A stretch of 63,514 nt of DNA, counting the filler, from Hyphochytrium catenoides (Eukaryota > Protista > Hyphochytriomycota): the NCBI GenBank assembly GCA_900088475.1. It is 11 parts of 11 records of this genome, joined end to end, with 100 filler letters (N's around TTAATTAATTAA, not from the genome) between each part and the next. Parts side by side here need not be neighbours in the genome. Positions count along the whole stretch, not along the records: positions 56,672 to 62,146 come from FLMG01004440.1; positions 62,247 to 63,514 come from FLMG01001067.1; 9 more parts are not named here. One strand, 5' to 3'. Position 1 is the first letter of the stretch. Each line of letters begins with the position of its first letter. This document shows positions 60,953-63,514 of the stretch, piece after piece. Made by a program: the position numbers and the translations under genes. The notes below the pieces were generated by a model. It saw nothing but the letters and a program-made list of their open reading frames with translations. It was not told the origin of the DNA and did not search any database.

Positions 60953-62599
60953 CCTTCTCTGACGTAGTCACTTTCCTCCAGTAATTGACTGCGCTTCATT
61001 GGTGAGTCTTCGATCAGTCTCCCCCGATCTTTCAAATCGTGACTGAATTATAAAGATGAATGACACCACTACATACAATAAACAGGCAGGAAGAAGCTCT
61101 GAACACGCCTCCTACTGTCAACGTCGGGAACAGATGCAAGCAAAAAGCAAGGCATGGCGACCCAGGGAGAAGAAGTTCCATTTGTTTGGTACTACTCGCC
61201 CTTCGACTTTCAGTCAGACAGATGCAGGTATCTTCTTCATAATAAGCCTTGCAATACGGTAGTGTAATAACGGACGTCAACACCGGTCATCATCGTGTAT
61301 CTGGAACTGTTTTACATCCAAATCAGAAATTTGTTGCTTGCTGTACTATTATATCGAGTGTCATATAGCTCGTAATGCTATGGCATATCGGTATCAGGAA
61401 TATCTCTTTACGATTACCGAGCGAATGAATTAACAGTCGGACTCACAGACACACAATATAAATAGATCGCCATTTTGATATTATAGGAGAAACGACAGAA
61501 GTGGCCTATTCCTAGGTATAATGTCATTTATTCGTTATGGGGGTTGAGAAATATCGCAATATAAACGAGACGTTTAAGGATTAGGCTTTTATGCTCAGAA
61601 TCTGTTCCTACTCTCCTTTTATTCTATAACCCTGATAGCAAATTCCATGATTTCAATCGTCCTATTTTATTTCCTTCAACCTAATGCCTGTCTACATTAT
61701 TGCGTTTCTTTGTGTCGTCATTTGAACATTTGTACTTTGCTTCTTGCTTTTGTAATTATTTGGGTTTGTAAAACCCCCTACCTTTGGGAGGCGCAAACGC
61801 TACGCTTTCGTTCCCCAATTTGGGTAGCTAAGCCTCATAGATTGTAGTCCACGTAGCTGTGCCCTCCTCAGACTTCAACATACTGCCCCTAAATAAGCAT
61901 ATATATGAACAAGGGCACCCCGTTTGGATTGCATCTCGACTTCTACTGGAAGTTTCGAGCTGGACTTGGGTAACTGATAAGCTTGCCAGCTTTGCAGTCG
62001 ACATAACTGTGCCCCCAGACTCCAGGCGGAATAATCAGATTTCAAGTCTATAACAGTTATGGCAACATAGAGGTTGTTTACTCTAGGAGTAGTATGATGA
62101 ACTTTACAGAGCTGGGTGGCAATGCCTGAAGCTTCTGTATGAGCACNNNNNNNNNNNNNNNNNNNNNNNNNNNNNNNNNNNNNNNNNNNNTTAATTAATT
62201 AANNNNNNNNNNNNNNNNNNNNNNNNNNNNNNNNNNNNNNNNNNNNGAGAGAGTGAGTGAGAGAGAGAGAGAGAGGCAGCAGTGGTGGTTTCACACTAGT
62301 TGTCTAGGGGACAAAGGCTCAGCGAGATGATAAGGAGAAAGAGGAAGGGGCGCTTTGGAAGCCGAAGATACACGGTGAAGACGTCCAAGGCATCTCTCTA
62401 TAGAGCTGTGGAATTAGGAGAAAGGATGGCGCGTTTGGCAGGTCGTTGGCGGAGACGATCGAGAGAGGAAGAGAAACCATCGACAGGGTCTTTCTTCCTG
62501 GTTCTATCTTCAGTGTCTGTCTCTCTCTCTCTTTGTCGGCCTTTCTGTCTGCCTCTCTCTCTTTCTCTGTCGTCTCTCTCTCTTTTGCTGGCTATATCC

Positions 62600-62799
62600 A
62601 GCCTGGAGGGGAGAGTCGTTGGCGATGAGTAAAGCCAGGAGACATTGCTCATCGGACGGGTGTCTTGGCACCAATAAGACTACGTAGAGATCAAGGGGTC
62701 CGGAGAAACCCCAGGTAAAGGAACCAACAGGAAAGGAAGAAAGAGAGAGAGAAAGAAGAGAAAGAGAGAGAGAAAGAGAGAGAAAGACAGAGAGGGAGG

Positions 62800-62859
<60 letters not shown>

Positions 62860-63330
62860 CGACATGCAACCGTTAGAGAGAACTGCTGCAACAAGTTAGC
62901 CACCACTCACCATGGAGATGGAACTATCACAGGGCTAGGACCATGGCAAAGGTACGAGGAACATCACATCCCCATTGAGCGAAGAGACTTCATTGCTAAG
63001 GATTTGCCGATCAGACAGGCGCAGCGACCTTAGCCTCTTCTTAGGGGTTGATGGCCAGCCCAAGGAGGAAGCATGGGCCATGCCTGTACGTCAGCCGGCA
63101 CAGGGAATCTTTGAGAAAATGGATGACCAGAAGGGAGCTAGCAGAGAACGCGGGGATGCTGCTCGACGAGACAAACAGAAGAGAGGAGATAGAGAGGAGA
63201 AGGAACAGGATGGGGCATAAGGGTAACTTCTCATCATGGCAGGAGAGAGTGAGAGATAAGCGCCACACCGGATCAGCTCAACGGAACTATCAGATGTACC
63301 AGACACGCCGGTAACCGGCGGGACCGTACA
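62600..63330 (+). mobile_element. Possible degenerate Ty3/gypsy integrase remnant
   Basis: Frameshifted HCSSDGCLGTNKT (H..GHxGxxKT-like) and TITGL (DFITGL-like). Weak. Confidence 0.25.
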
Positions 63331-63514
63331 CGGCCGAGCAAACGCACGGAGTCTCTTATCTGGCTCCTGCACACAGAGCAATGACTAGGCTTTATCCTTT
63401 GGTTGTCACCATTTGTGGCCCAGGATTGGTGCGCTCTCGCTCCTCCTCTTCTTCTCTCAGCGGGCGACATCGATCTCACTCATCAGTCGGCTTAGTAGCT
63501 TGTTGCCGTTACTC

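Overview
This is eukaryotic nuclear DNA, probably from a stramenopile-type protist (inferred from gene content; not confirmed). It is not one locus. Eleven short contigs are joined by artificial 100-nt N44-TTAATTAATTAA-N44 spacers, so adjacency across spacers has no biological meaning. Genes supported by hand-spliced models: an AGC kinase with an N-terminal SnoaL/NTF2-like domain, intronless metE, APRT, an SDR16C-like dehydrogenase, UTP4, VPS36, a very large multi-EF-hand protein, a polycystin-2-like channel, an EGLN-like 2OG-Fe(II) oxygenase, a DDX24/MAK5-like pseudo-helicase fused to an unknown domain, a Cys-rich type I membrane protein and a twin-F-box-like protein. Transposon debris includes a DIRS/Ngaro-type tyrosine recombinase, nested Ty1/copia pieces with two LTR families, gypsy remnants and an STPR-repeat ORF. 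The most unusual signals are: (i) many introns built as a 5' (GA)n half plus a 3' (UC)n half that could pair and bridge the splice sites; (ii) a PKD2-like channel with Arg in place of the selectivity-filter Asp; (iii) the SnoaL-kinase and pseudo-helicase fusions; (iv) two 40-bp-period arrays, one of phased CCAAT boxes upstream of metE and one of palindromic repeats beside the tyrosine recombinase. Most ORFs in the supplied track are microsatellite artefacts. All homology calls come from motif recognition by eye; no searches were run.
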